From positions 1,798,001-1,862,000 of the forward strand of contig OZ287073.1 in assembly GCA_965645245.1 (NCBI GenBank): a stretch of 64,000 bases of DNA, in the 5' to 3' direction. The notes beneath the pieces are model-generated. The model saw only the letters and a list, made by a program, of their open reading frames with translations, had not been told where the DNA came from and did no database searches. Origin of the DNA: Massalongia carnosa (Eukaryota). The translations under genes were made by a program, and so were the position numbers. This document shows positions 46,720-58,714 of the stretch, in pieces. Every line of letters starts with the position of its first letter. The first letter of the stretch is position 1.

Positions 46720-46837
46720 GGGGTTTGGACGTACATCGGCCGTTTGGCCCATGGCCCAGGGGACAGGCCCCGAGGGCGACACGCGATGGTTGGTACAGCG
46801 AGGGCATGAGGCCATCCAAACAATCTCGGAGTGGGAG

Positions 46838-47244
46838 TGTTGAGAATTGAGCCGAGATGTCTGCTTATTAATAAGAGCACTAACCGAATGCGGATCAAGC
46901 ACTAAGGGTTATTTCGGCCGTGGCAACACATCACTAATCATTCGAGATGTCATCCATCTGCCAGCTAAGGGAGGCAAAACGGAATATATTGATAGATGGT
47001 GAGGCTACCATTGGTTAGATGGTCAGGCTACCATCAATATAGGCATCCATCGTGAGTCACACGGGTGTCTACCAGGCACCTATGGAGGTGCCTAACAGGC
47101 AGCTATGGGAAGCCTACAGCATTACTGCTGTGTGACTGCTATAAAAGCAGGTAGATAGCCCACATAGATAATAACTCTCAATGATATGTATGCTTCTTAT
47201 TTGCCCTACTTCCGTTTCATGATCAATAGCCTGGTGTTTCAACA
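46838..47244 (+). repeat. Copia-C 3' LTR
   Basis: TG...CA; matches the reconstituted 5' LTR. Confidence 0.96.
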
Positions 47245-49237
47245 AACTCACAATCATAAACACAGCTTCCATCATCAGGGACAATAGAAAGGATTCGTTC
47301 GGCTAATGATTTGGCGGCATCGAGTTCTCTTGAAACGAGGCCAATGGCATGATTCGTAATTTTCCCAATGAGTAGCGTAGAAGCATTTCTATCGATCAAT
47401 CTAGGATTGCATATTCGCTGTTGATTGCACAAAATCTCCTGATCTAACTGTTTTTTCCGCACCTCATCACATATTTTCTGCACCGATTGTCTTATAGGAG
47501 TATTTCTATTGGTCACATTTTTAACAATGAATGTAGACCTTCTGAACGCTGTGTGCTGTGTGCGCCTAAATTAGGGAGTTTAGTAGTATATGCATGCACG
47601 AATTGAGTTTCTTGACGTTGATAGAAATTCATGAGATAATCCTGCGAAAGAGGTAGCGTTTGCAGTAGCCCTAACTCGCTTGAAATTTAATTTGATATAT
47701 CACTACTAACCTTTTCTGCGGGATGAAGTTTAAGCAGCAACTTTCTTCATCTCTCACTTTGATTACAGGAGGCTTAGTGGCAGACTGAAGGCTTTGAAAG
47801 GTGATTATATTAATGCTATCTAGAAGGAAGGAAGTTCGAGGGGGTCCTCCCCGAGGACCTTATTGACCAGATTGTTTGCTATAGCAAACACCTTCTTAAC
47901 CACCTTACCGCATTAGGATTCAGGGGGCCGGCCTATTGTAAGGCCGGCCTCCGATAGAGTAAGGCTAGGTGGACCGTCGCTATTGTCAATCCAAAGTCTC
48001 ATTCAACTCATCAATAGCGAGGGATTTTATATAATCCCAAATCAGAGTCTCCAGCTTTTTGCGCACTTCTTAGGGATATTTTCCTGCCTTGATCAGTTGT
48101 TTTTTATTGCCTCGGCCGCATGCCACGTGCACAGCTGCAAAACGCATCTCTTCTCGCCCGCTTTCATCGTTGATTGGTTTAGATTTTCGGCGACCTCTCT
48201 TGCAATGGTCAATGCAGCATCGAGATCAATTGCCGGAGCTTTAGCTTTTCTTTGCATGGCTACAGTCAACCCAGCTGCAAAATCCCCGTGAATCACCCCA
48301 GGCTTGGGGCAATCATCATGAAAAATCAACTCTTTCATACATTCGAAAATAAAAGTGAAACATTCGGCCGATTCGAAGTTATATAGCAATAAGCGACGGG
48401 AAACGAAAGGTCGGTGTTAGTGATTCCAACCAAAACGGATAAAGGCAAGTTCAATTTATTAGTATTGAACGTTGCATCCGTTTCTAATAAAAACCCACCC
48501 ACGAAACGTCGAGCCAGCCTAATTTGCTCTGCATTTCAAAAAAAAAATTGTTCTATCACCCGTCTCTCACGCACATTATTCTTAACAATATATTTTTCCT
48601 TACACCGTACATGAAAGCCCCTGTCTTTCAACGAGCCCAAGGCAAAAAGAAGCTCTTCTTCAGGCGTGTGAGCTCCCTCCGAATGAGCGAGATTATAATA
48701 ATCGCTCCTCGACAGACGGAGTCCTTGGATTCCTAATATTCTCGCTGCTTGGCCATATTGGGTTGACGATGCACGGAGACTCTTCCCTTGATCTAGGGCA
48801 TCTGTTCGATCAGGGTCCCTACTATGATGTTCTCTGAATGCAAAGGGATCAGTGGCCATCTCATGATTGTGCTCGGAGTTAGTGACTATTCGTCTCCATG
48901 CATTGTCTTTGTTTTTTTTGAGACGGAGGCGATAAGGGCACTCATTGAACGAAACTTTGGTATTGGCTCGCACCCGGTCTTCCTCCTCTACTTTTCTAGT
49001 GTTTCTAACTCTTTTGTGGTGGTGTGTGCAGTCTAACACGATTAAATGGTTTTTCTTATCGTGAGTTTCTGTGACCAATGCGAAGCCTTGGGTGAAGGCA
49101 TAGTCTTGAAGACGAGTCTTTGCCTCCTCTCAAGACGAAAATAACTCATTCTCTTGCGGAGGGAGGAGGTGAGGTGGGGGTAGAAGGGCAATGGCATGTT
49201 GCTTCCGTGCATCCAAAGACGTGGGATCGAACTCCAT
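47245..49237 (-). pseudogene. MULE-A transposase, N-terminal and catalytic part (stops, frameshifts, one intron)
   Basis: C..H...CPY...HNH finger, DATFNTN, GDFAAGL, LQLCTWH and TQRSEG motifs. Confidence 0.88.
47760..47988. repeat. Putative solo LTR or other insert within the MULE-A transposase
   Basis: ~230-bp TG...CA segment interrupting the transposase frame; no clear TSD. Confidence 0.4.
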
Positions 49238-49339
49238 CGCGATGAGAAGTAGTAAAATATATAATATGAGGTATAGCATAAGTGGAAGGGGAGATTTAGA
49301 GAGGGCAAAGGGTTAGGACAAGGGCAAGGGCAAATGGTA

Positions 49340-49372
<33 letters not shown>

Positions 49373-49756
49373 ATGCTTTATCAGGCCGAGTAGGATAATT
49401 ATAAGTAGCAATAACAGGTCAGACGATTTAAACCGAAAAGAGTTGGCAGTTGCATTACTAGCTTGTACGCACCCTGCATGAGCAGTGAAATGGCTGTTTA
49501 CTAGCAAAGATTTACACAAGGGGGACGGTCGGGGGGACTGTCCCTAAGCATCTCGGACAGAATGCGCGATTTGGTACTCTGTAGTTTGCCGTAGTTTGAA
49601 GGTGGGGGTTAGAGTGCTCTGATCAAGGTATCGACTTCTCGCTACCCCCTCACTGCCCCTACTCGATACTCTCAGTACCCTTTCCTCATCGTACTCGAGT
49701 TCATATCGTTTCATGTTGTTTATCAGATCAAATGAGTGGTATAATATTTAATCTGC

Positions 49757-51649
49757 TTGTTTAAAATCTCTTCAAACCGCTTACTTCGATCAGGAATACG
49801 AAACGTCGAACTTGATGATTTACCATCGCTATTTGTCTCTCAAGATCACGATGACAATCCTAGTGACTACGACGACCGTGTTACATTAATTGGTAAGAAG
49901 ACTTCGCAAGCGACGCGTATCGGCACTCATCACTGCGCCTATCGCAATGACTCTGAAGGAGCCTGGAACGGGCTTCGGTTATGGTATCTGATACCGCTAC
50001 ACTTTGTGACCTGTTTTGCCTTTGGACTCGTCATCTTTTACGTTGTCAAAGATAGGCATACCGATGTCTCCGATAATGTCGCCCGATCGTCGAACACTTT
50101 AATGACGCAGTCAAATATTATGGGCTTTATATCGATATGGTTGATGATGATTAAACTTATTCTCGTCGCCTGGCTGCAACTATCGGTATGGAGATGTTCA
50201 TATGTTTTGCTGGAGAAAACTGGACTACGACTTCAAGACATGAGCTTCATGGTTTCCTATGGCATCCTTAAAGGCAACCTAATCGCATCCGGCTCAGGAC
50301 AGCCCAAAGCTCGCAGAGCATACTTCTGGATTGTGTCTGCTATACTTTGCTTCTCTTTACCAGCACAATTTGTTGAGCCTCTGGCTTACAGCTCCGTGAG
50401 ATGGGTGCCATTTTATGTGGATGGAGCGGTCCCGCTAGACTTGAAAAACATATATGATGCTAGGCCGGGTTATTCTTGGCAGTGGTACAATATGTTTCCA
50501 AGTTATAGGTCAGGCCTTGTGTTGCGCGCGGCAGGAATGGCGAATATAGTCACTGCAAATAGTGTCAAACATAGTACCTCCATGAATTCTCAAAGAGTTG
50601 TGTCGTCTTGGAGTACTGTACCGATCAACACAACTCTGGCAAATATTACAGTGCCTGTATTCAACATTGAATCCTTTGACTGGGTCATCGATTTGGCTGA
50701 TTTGCCTTCTGGAATCGCAGCCAGTGTTAAAGACGTTGGATTTTTGAACATCAGCACCGGCAACAATCCTATGCAGTTTGATCCTATCGAGGGTAACGCT
50801 GCTTTACTGAAAAACAGACCATGGATAAGTCATGGATCGACATATCCCACCAAAATGCTCTTCTCTGGAGAAAAGTACGTAGCTGTTTTGGTTGAGCGAG
50901 TGATGGGACGAAACTGCTTATCCATTACCTCTACCTTCGGCCAGCTTCCAGTACCCGTTGCATCACTGCTTACAATCTATTACGACAATGACGCGACAAG
51001 CTGTTTCGCATTCGCAAAGCTGATTATCTCCGTGGGTAAAGCACTGTGTACTAAATGTCAAGTGGTGTCGCCAATGATTGTTGAAGGTCAGCCAGACTCC
51101 ATACAAGAGGATTCCCTAGTACAGGAAGTCTTTGACGTGATGCCCGAAGTTATGTACGCGATTGTAGCGTCGACGAATGGCAACACAATTCTAACTAACC
51201 AACTAGAAAACCATACCCGATCTCTCCTCACTGCGGCCTATATAGGAAGTTGGAGTACCTTAACGGACAGCTTTGGCAGAGGCAGCGATGTACCTCCCCT
51301 AACCACACAGGGCACACAACCTGAACTAGTCCTTCGAGCTGCGATCAGCACGTGGAGGATGTGCGTCTTTTTGGGGCTGAACGCCCTGGTCACGCTCTGT
51401 GGCATTGCCTTGATCATCTTGCAATCCCAATGTGAGCGCAAGCCGGTCATGGACCCCGTCCTCGCAGCCATAATGCTCGACTCGAGCGATCTCTTGAAAG
51501 AGGATAGAAACGGACTATGTAACGCCACGAGACTGAGCAAAGCCGACCACGGAATGGGAAAACTTTGGGTTCGGCGCGACCACGACGGGCATTTCTCTCT
51601 ATTTCTCTCTTCACGACGTTCTGCTGCGGGAGGAACTGCTGCAAGTTAA
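49757..51649 (+). CDS. Hypothetical fungal membrane protein (~630 aa; true start uncertain)
   Basis: Long stop-free ORF with several N-terminal and one C-terminal hydrophobic helices. Confidence 0.75.
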   Translation: MFKISSNRLLRSGIRNVELDDLPSLFVSQDHDDNPSDYDDRVTLIGKKTSQATRIGTHHCAYRNDSEGAWNGLRLWYLIPLHFVTCFAFGLVIFYVVKDRHTDVSDNVARSSNTLMTQSNIMGFISIWLMMIKLILVAWLQLSVWRCSYVLLEKTGLRLQDMSFMVSYGILKGNLIASGSGQPKARRAYFWIVSAILCFSLPAQFVEPLAYSSVRWVPFYVDGAVPLDLKNIYDARPGYSWQWYNMFPSYRSGLVLRAAGMANIVTANSVKHSTSMNSQRVVSSWSTVPINTTLANITVPVFNIESFDWVIDLADLPSGIAASVKDVGFLNISTGNNPMQFDPIEGNAALLKNRPWISHGSTYPTKMLFSGEKYVAVLVERVMGRNCLSITSTFGQLPVPVASLLTIYYDNDATSCFAFAKLIISVGKALCTKCQVVSPMIVEGQPDSIQEDSLVQEVFDVMPEVMYAIVASTNGNTILTNQLENHTRSLLTAAYIGSWSTLTDSFGRGSDVPPLTTQGTQPELVLRAAISTWRMCVFLGLNALVTLCGIALIILQSQCERKPVMDPVLAAIMLDSSDLLKEDRNGLCNATRLSKADHGMGKLWVRRDHDGHFSLFLSSRRSAAGGTAAS

Positions 51650-52325
51650 AAGATTGAATAAGGGAAAACGCTTATCGTTTCAGGATTATTCGGATGAAGT
51701 CCCGAGGCGCTTTTAGTTATGCAGAGCGGAACGGAATATTTTCGAGAATAAACTACGTGATACGTTTCGATTAATGTTAAATTTAATTCATAAGTAATTC
51801 GCGAGCTCCATCGTGTCGTCAGAACATCATATAATTACTATCTATGTTTGGGCAACTCCCCCTCGCTGCTGCCATGCTGGCGCTCAGTTTTTCTGAGGGC
51901 CCCGTCTATAATGGCTTTATTATGGCAGCGGTGAGGGGAAAACTCCATCTACTATGCGGCTGAATCAAGAAGTGGGTGGGTAGGCAAAAGACCTTTTGGT
52001 GCTGAACTCCGAATCAATGGTGATGATGAGGAGAAGTGTGCCAAAAGGCCACCTATTTATGCTCTTTTTCTCCCCTTCCTGTCCAACTATTTGGACTCTT
52101 CAACCTTCGGCCTTCGTCGGCTATTCCCGGCCTGCCTCCACTCGGCCCGGCATTACCTTTTGCCCTAATCGTGCTAGACCACTTTCGGAATGCAGAGAGC
52201 ACCCCTTAGTGCTTACCGGCTCAAAGACGCTACCGGCTCAAAGACGCATTTTTCAACACCTCAACATTAAAAAAATCAGACCTTCATGAAAAGACGTCCA
52301 AATAGCTTCATTTCGGGTTTAAAAT

Positions 52326-53307
52326 CTACTGCTCAGTCTGTTCTACTAACAGGCCCTGCCCTAGTAAAAATCGGACGTTGTCTAACTGGGTTGATGAGGC
52401 CTTTTTCCCCTTATTAGCCTCCCTTTGTTCCTTTCGTCTAGCCTTTTCTTCCTCTTTTTTTTGACGAATTGAACATAATTCTCTACATTGACTGACTTTT
52501 ATGACTCCACCCTTTGCAGCTACCTGACCCCCGAGAGCGGCCCGACTTTTACGCGATGTGGTGGCTTTTTGCACTTGCTGAAGGTCCCGCGTAGTCAAAT
52601 CTAGGGTGTTGGCGGAGGTGATGGAGGCCCTAATAAATTTCTGAAAACCGTCCACTGTTTTTTTATCCATCCATCCACCGATCGGCCCGGCCGCGGTCAA
52701 TGCCCTTTGCAATTTGTGACCGAATTTTCTGATTGATTCGGGGCCTCGAGGGGTGCGCTCATGAAATTGAAGAGGTAGGGGGCTCGGGGTGCGGGGTTCA
52801 TTCCTAATTTCCAAGGCTGCAGCTTGCTTCTGACGAATGACGTCGAGTACCATGTTCGGATTGAATGGGACGATGCCGGTGGTCCTGAATGCATGACGAA
52901 TAGTAGATGATTTGAATGTCTTGTTGCGAAATTCCTGGAATGCGGCTAAAAATTCCAATTTTCCAAATTCCGTGTCTCCCATTCGTATCGCATGATCAAT
53001 GGCCTCAGCATGATAGTGTTTGTACGGCTGAAAAACACCTACATCTAACGGCTGAGTCAAATGAGTAGAATGTGCTGGAAGACGAAATAGAACGATCTGA
53101 TTTTCAGTGGCCAGCTTCAAAAACGGAATGGTTGAATGAGACCCAAACCCGTCGATGACTAGAAGTAGCCAAGCTCTACGTCTTTTAGTCCGTGTATGCT
53201 CGATGAAATGACGAAGCCAATCCATGGCTAAATCGTCATTTGAATAGCCGGTCTCGCTGGTCCCAATCAACGTCTCTCCGTCGAGATCGTTGTGTTGACA
53301 CCATTTA
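52326..53307 (-). pseudogene. pogo/Fot1 transposase, 3' part
   Basis: DGFGSH and HLTQPLDVGVF motifs. Confidence 0.92.
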
Positions 53308-54337
53308 TGTAATGGGCTACGAGACCAGTAAGCTTATCACGAGCGACACTGATCTCGAAAGGGGAAATGCTCAGCGTGAGAGGAGGAAGATAGCTACTAC
53401 GTGCTAGTCTCCGAGAGTATATGTGATCCAAAGAACTAATGGATGTGGAAGTGCTTGGACCAAGAGATCTCGTCCGAGACCCAAACGTAGGTTGTTCATA
53501 GAATAAAGACTATTTGCTAACGAATACTACAAGATTCGTTCTGATATTTATCCTACTCACCCCAAGCCTATAGCCTTGGGAGCCTTGGAGCCTTAGGAGC
53601 CTTGCAAGCCTTGGGAGTCTTGCGAGCATTACAGCCTTGCAATCCACATCCGACTTTATCGCATTACATCCAACCATCCCTCAGGATCCATCCACGAACT
53701 CGGCGTTCGCTGGATCATCTAGTCAGCCTCGAGCAGCCTTCTAGACCTTCCCTTGCAAGGTAGAACAATTCTACCCCCGGCTAGATCCCTCACTACATGC
53801 CTCAGGCTATGTAGCTTCATTTCGCCGTCACCACTACCTAGTGATGGAAGGTTACCTCCGACTGAATACCTCGCTACACTGCGGACCTGCCTCTAGACAC
53901 AAGGTCTAGACAACGAGGTCATGTAGGTTCATTCAGCCGACATCACTACCAACGTAGTAATAAAGGTTGAAGCTGAAGTTTACACCGGGGAGCCTAGCTC
54001 AAGCTGCGTCCAGCGAGCCGTGCCTCCTGCTACCTCTCTTGAACCATCAAGAGATCCAGTAGCTCCGAGTAGGCCAGTAGATCCCATATAGAGTTCCTTG
54101 GCGTCTCCACAGGAGTCCGCCTTACACTCCATGGCAATCTACCACCACGGCCTCGACAGGTGTTTGATCTGTAAGTAGTCAAGAACGTGATAACAATAAC
54201 TCCGAAGTTTCGGGGCAAGATGGCAGTGTGTCAGCCTCGACGGCTTATGCGACTTCGTACTACGGCATGGTCCACGCTAGTTAATCCCGCAACCGCCATA
54301 GGCGATCACGTATCCCTCTAACGCCATCCGTATTACA
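53308..54337 (-). repeat. Gypsy 3' LTR
   Basis: Direct repeat of 58715-59744. Confidence 0.97.
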
Positions 54338-54424
54338 ATTGCCTCCCCTCTAGGACGCGAGCTCCGCCGAGCGTGTACTGGATAATAACGACACGTTAGG
54401 TGGGTGGTATGATGTGTATGGCAG

Positions 54425-54660
54425 GCGGTGAAAAACCTCCTTCCTTGTATGATAGCAAGGAGGAAAACCGGCCTCCGAAGTCAATGAAAAACCTCCTAAC
54501 CCAGTGGGAACTGAGGAGGAAAACCGACTTTATCGAAATCGATGAAAAACCCTAAAACCCTGATAAGACAACGGGATAACGTAGGGAAAACCGACTTCTC
54601 AAGATCGATGAAAAACCCTTAAACCCTGATAAGATAACGGGAAAACGAAGGGAAAACCGA
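54425..54660. repeat. Degenerate tandem repeats in the Gypsy 3' UTR
   Basis: GATGAAAAACC...GAAAACCGA units about 60 bp apart. Confidence 0.7.
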
Positions 54661-54704
54661 TCCTAGATTCCATAGCAAGTGGCAGGAAAGAAACCCCGAG
54701 GCTT

Positions 54705-57482
54705 CTACTTCTTCGCCTTCTTGCTCCGAGTGCTGGTAGCTGTTCGGCCGCGTTTCCTCTTGGCTTGAGGCTTAACGGCCGGCTTAGCCATTGGCGGTGC
54801 GGTGTCGATAGGAGGAGAGGTTGCTGTCGGCTTGGTGGGGTTACCCTCATGGTAGGCTTTGACGATCTTCCGTAGGTGTTTGATCGCTGCCGCCGGTTCC
54901 CACGTACTTTCATCCTCTGGATAGCCCTTCCAGGAGACCAGATAGTAGAGGCCTGGTAGGTGGCCAGCTTCTGACTCCTTGGCGTAAACCGCGCTATCCA
55001 AAATGCCTTCAACCTCGTACTCCTCATCGTTACCAGCTTCAAATTCCAGCTGCTCCGCGATCTTCTCGTCCACCCGCCCCTTCCTTGTGGTGTCCTGCTC
55101 CAGCAGTGATACATGAAAGACATCATGGATGCGCCACCGCTTTGGAAGCTCCAGCTTGTAGGCTTGCTTTGATAATGCAAAATCCCATCGGTGTCTTCCC
55201 AGCCATCTTTTCCAAGCTTCTCTGCTCTGATCATCTGAGCTTGGGTATCTTCCTCCTGCAACTCCTGCAACCTCAACCTCATGCCACCAATGCTGACTTT
55301 GTAAGGACCTTCTGAGGTCAAGTCTTGGCGGAGCGTATCCCAAAACTGACGCAGTTGAGGGAAGACGTGCGTTCCACAGATAATGATGTGGTGTGGAGGG
55401 GTGAGATGCTGAGTACTAGTGATACCAGAGATGCTGGCGCTGGTCAGCGAGGACTGCAGTCGGTGAAGGATTCGAGTATTCTCAGCTCGAAGCACTTCCT
55501 CTTCGCCTTGGCTCCTCTGAGGATAGCGAGATAAAGCATCGGCAGCTCCATTAGCCTTGCCTTGACGATAATCGATGCGGAAATTGTAACGAGAGAGTTC
55601 TTGCGCCCAGCGAACCTGGCGGGGGCTTAAACTCTTCGTATCCATAAATCGCCGCAGGTTGTTGTGGTCTGTAAGCACGAGGACTTCATGCTTACAACCT
55701 TCGAGATAATGCCTCCAATTCTTAAAGGCTTCAACGATGGCCAGTAGTTCCCCATCGTGAGTTTCGTAACGAGTTTCTGCAGGAATCATTTTCCGAGAAA
55801 AATACGCTACTGGGTGCCATTGGCCGGTTTCGATATCCAGCTGGCTAAGAACGCCACCTATGGCGTAACCCGAGGCGTCCGTCTCAAGTCGGATGTGGCG
55901 CTCAGGGTCAAAATGTCGGAGGATCGGTGCTTCAGTGAACGCCTGCTTTAATTGGGCAAAGGCTATCTTAGCGGCAGGAGTTAGAAAACAAGATTCTTCC
56001 GCTCCGCGCCTTGCCTTTGGGGATGGCCCAGTGTTGGCTACCAAGTTTGTTTTAAGCATTGAGGTGAGTGGAGCAGCAATCTTGCTGAACCCTCGGATGA
56101 ACCGCCGGTAGAAGTTGGCGAATCCCATAAACACCTGGACGTCTCGTACTGACTTGGGTTCTGGCCAGTTCGTGACAGCTTCAATCCTTTCCTCTTCCAT
56201 ACGAATTCCTTGGCCAGAGACAACGTAGCCTAGGAAGCGAACCTCATCTTGATGAAAACGGCACTTCTTTAGATTGGCAAAGAGTCCGTTTTTTCGGAGA
56301 TTCTCCAAGACCCACTTAACAGCCTCAACATGGCCTTGGCCTACGTCCTCGGTATAGATCAGGATGTCATCTAAGTATACGATGACAAAGACGTCGAGTT
56401 TCTCTGCTAGAATTTTGTTGATATAGCCCTGGAAACTAGCTGGGGCATTGGAAAGGCCGAAGGGCATAACCTGATACTCGAAGTGACCATATCGAGTCCT
56501 GAAGGCTGTCTTCCATTCATCACCCTCTCGAATTCGCATCCGATGATACGCGTTCGTGAGATCTAGCTGCGTAAATCGCTTGGCACGGCCTAGTCGATCA
56601 AGCGACTCTCCAATCAAGGGTAACGGGTACCGATTCTTGATCGTCAGGGTATTGAGTCCTCGATAATCCACACACAGGCGGAGACTACCGTCCTTTTTGC
56701 GGATGAACAGTATAGGAGCACCAGCCGGAGACTGAGAAGGCCTAATAAAACCGCTGGCTAGATTGGTTTCAATGTAGGTTTTCAGTGTCTCTAGTTCCAT
56801 AGGACCTAAGCTGTAGATTGGGCCATAAGGTGGCTGCTTACCATCTACTAGATCGATAGGATGGTCGTTAAAGCCGGTGTGCTCCGGTAGTTCCGCTGCA
56901 GAGTCAGGGGAGAAAACGTCAGAGAAGTCGGAATATTCAACGGGGATATTGGCCTCCTCGCTCACTAGCGAGGCTACTTGGGCCTGGCGAGAGGCGTGGA
57001 TCGGCATGGACGATGGCTTGCTTACGGCCATTACATGCACCACATATGCCTCATCGTCTCCTCCAAGGACCGTCTCCGCGAACTCTTCCTTATCGATGAT
57101 CTCCACACGTCTGGTTGTTGGTAAAGCCTCGGCAGCTGTGTAAGTTCTCCAGGCAAGCTCTCGCTCTGGGAACCGTATATCCACACTTCCCTAGCTTATC
57201 CTCGACCGAGAACCCTGCGATAACCATACCGAAGGTATCCAGGTGAGATCCATCAATCTTCTGCGCCCCAACATCTGTTTCCCTAACACGAAGCCCTAGT
57301 TTCGCGGCATAAGCGGGGTGCATTGCGTTGACCTCGCTGCCGGAATCTATCAAAGCTTCTACCTCGTCTTGATCCTTCCTCAAACGGACCGGATATCGAA
57401 TACAAGGAACCCGCTCAAGATTAGCCTCCTTACTAGTTTCAGTCATAGGCGCGGAGGTTGCCAAGACCGATACTAGTTTTTT
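54705..57482 (-). pseudogene. Gypsy pol: protease (truncated), RT, RNase H and chromodomain; integrase core deleted
   Basis: LIDSGS, LCVDYRGLN, YLDD, ETDAS, ADALSR motifs, then a direct jump to AYKLELP..IHDVFHVSLL and chromodomain EYEVE..YLVSWKGY..STWEP. Confidence 0.93.
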
Positions 57483-58624
57483 GAAGCATCCTTCTTGGGC
57501 TCGCGACAACTACTTGCGTAGTGTCCCTTCTTGTTGCAATTGAAGCAGGTTACTTGGGACACGTCCTTGCTGGTGCCATTGGAAGTGTTGGCACCGGTGG
57601 CCGGAGTCGACTCCGAGCCTTTCCGATCTCGAGCTTGATCAAGACGTCGCTGCCTTTTCTTTTCTCTCCGAGCTTTCTTGTCAGCAATCTCGCTGTTCTC
57701 TGGGCGCGAGGAGTTTAATTGCTTCGGACCCGACGGTTTGGGCTTTTCGCTAGGCTCGTCTCGAGGGTCTCGAGTAGAGGTCTGGGGTTTGGCCACAGTG
57801 GCATGAGCGGGCCGGTTTCCATGTGGACAACGCTGATCCATCTCACGAAGGATCGATTGCGGCTGCAGGCTAGCTTTTGCCTCAGCATCGATCGCTTTTT
57901 CGACCAGCTCCTCCCAACTGTCTAGTTCCCTTCCTCGTTGTTCCATCTGGGCCTTTATCGAAGGCTTGAGGCCTTCACGAAAGAACCGAATAAGGTCCGA
58001 CTCCTCTGGAGCTCCCTCAGCATCAAACTCCAGGAGTATCGATTGCAAATGTTCCAGGTGAGAAGCCCAATCCTGAACTTCTTCTTGTTGGTACTGGGAG
58101 TCCCGCTTGATCCTACTCCAGGTTGCGTCCACAAAAGCCCTAGAGTCTCCAAGATTCTTCCGAAGGAAAGCCTTGAACTCGATCCAAGACAAAGGTCCTA
58201 CCTCTTCGCCTTGGCTTCGACGTTTGTGCTGGTGCCAACGAAAGCTGATCCGGCCACGAAGGAAAGATGCGGCAAAGGGTGTACGGTTAGACCCAGTGGC
58301 GCCGGCGGTGTCAAAGTGGTCTTCGCATTGTTGGCAGAAATGGTAACACTCCATATGGGACTTCCCATAGTAGAGATCCGGGAACCGAGCTTTCAACTGA
58401 CCTTCTCGGGGGCCTTCATGTCGACTGCCTTGTGCCTGGAGGAACGACTCCATGCAGAGCTTTGTGATTCTCTGCAGATCTTCCTCGGTGTATTTGGCAG
58501 GGCCCGTAGCTTCCTCAGTACTTGGTGTCGGCGTATCTTCCGCAGGCCTTGAAGTATCTTCTGCCTGGGGAGATCTTGTTGGACCTTGCCGAACGTTCCT
58601 GCGAGGGCGAGAGCTTGAAGACAT
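57473..58624 (-). CDS. Gypsy Gag; ends at a -1 slippery site A AAA AAC
   Basis: PDLYYG, FREGL and zinc knuckle CFNCNKKGHYASSC. Confidence 0.93.
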   Translation of the reverse strand: MSSSSRPRRNVRQGPTRSPQAEDTSRPAEDTPTPSTEEATGPAKYTEEDLQRITKLCMESFLQAQGSRHEGPREGQLKARFPDLYYGKSHMECYHFCQQCEDHFDTAGATGSNRTPFAASFLRGRISFRWHQHKRRSQGEEVGPLSWIEFKAFLRKNLGDSRAFVDATWSRIKRDSQYQQEEVQDWASHLEHLQSILLEFDAEGAPEESDLIRFFREGLKPSIKAQMEQRGRELDSWEELVEKAIDAEAKASLQPQSILREMDQRCPHGNRPAHATVAKPQTSTRDPRDEPSEKPKPSGPKQLNSSRPENSEIADKKARREKKRQRRLDQARDRKGSESTPATGANTSNGTSKDVSQVTCFNCNKKGHYASSCREPKKDASKN

Positions 58625-58714
58625 CGTTTGCGGAGTTCAAGAACAGATGGCTCCACTAGCTAAGCTTCCTCCAAACGGGCTGGCTGACCCGTAGGGTATG
58701 AGAGCAATTAGAAT

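Larger units (their letters stand above)
36912..47244 (+). mobile_element. Full-length Ty1/Copia element (Copia-C); 5' LTR split by the Ngaro insertion
   Basis: TSD AACTC (36907-36911 / 47245-47249); 407-bp LTRs (36912-37069 + 42009-42257; 46838-47244); PBS GGTTATGAGCCC at 42258; PPT before 46838. Confidence 0.97.
35510..49556 (-). mobile_element. Mutator-like element (MULE-A) containing Copia-C and the Ngaro element
   Basis: ~110-bp TIRs CCGAGATGCTTAGGGACAGTCCCCCC; possible diverged 9-bp TSD ACAAACTGC / ACAGAATGC; the transposase is continuous once the inserts are removed. Confidence 0.88.

Noticed and set aside
47920..47970. GGCCGGCC hairpin followed by CTAG as a Helitron 3' end
   Set aside because: No matching 5' TC end or Rep/helicase sequence; it lies inside a TG...CA insert
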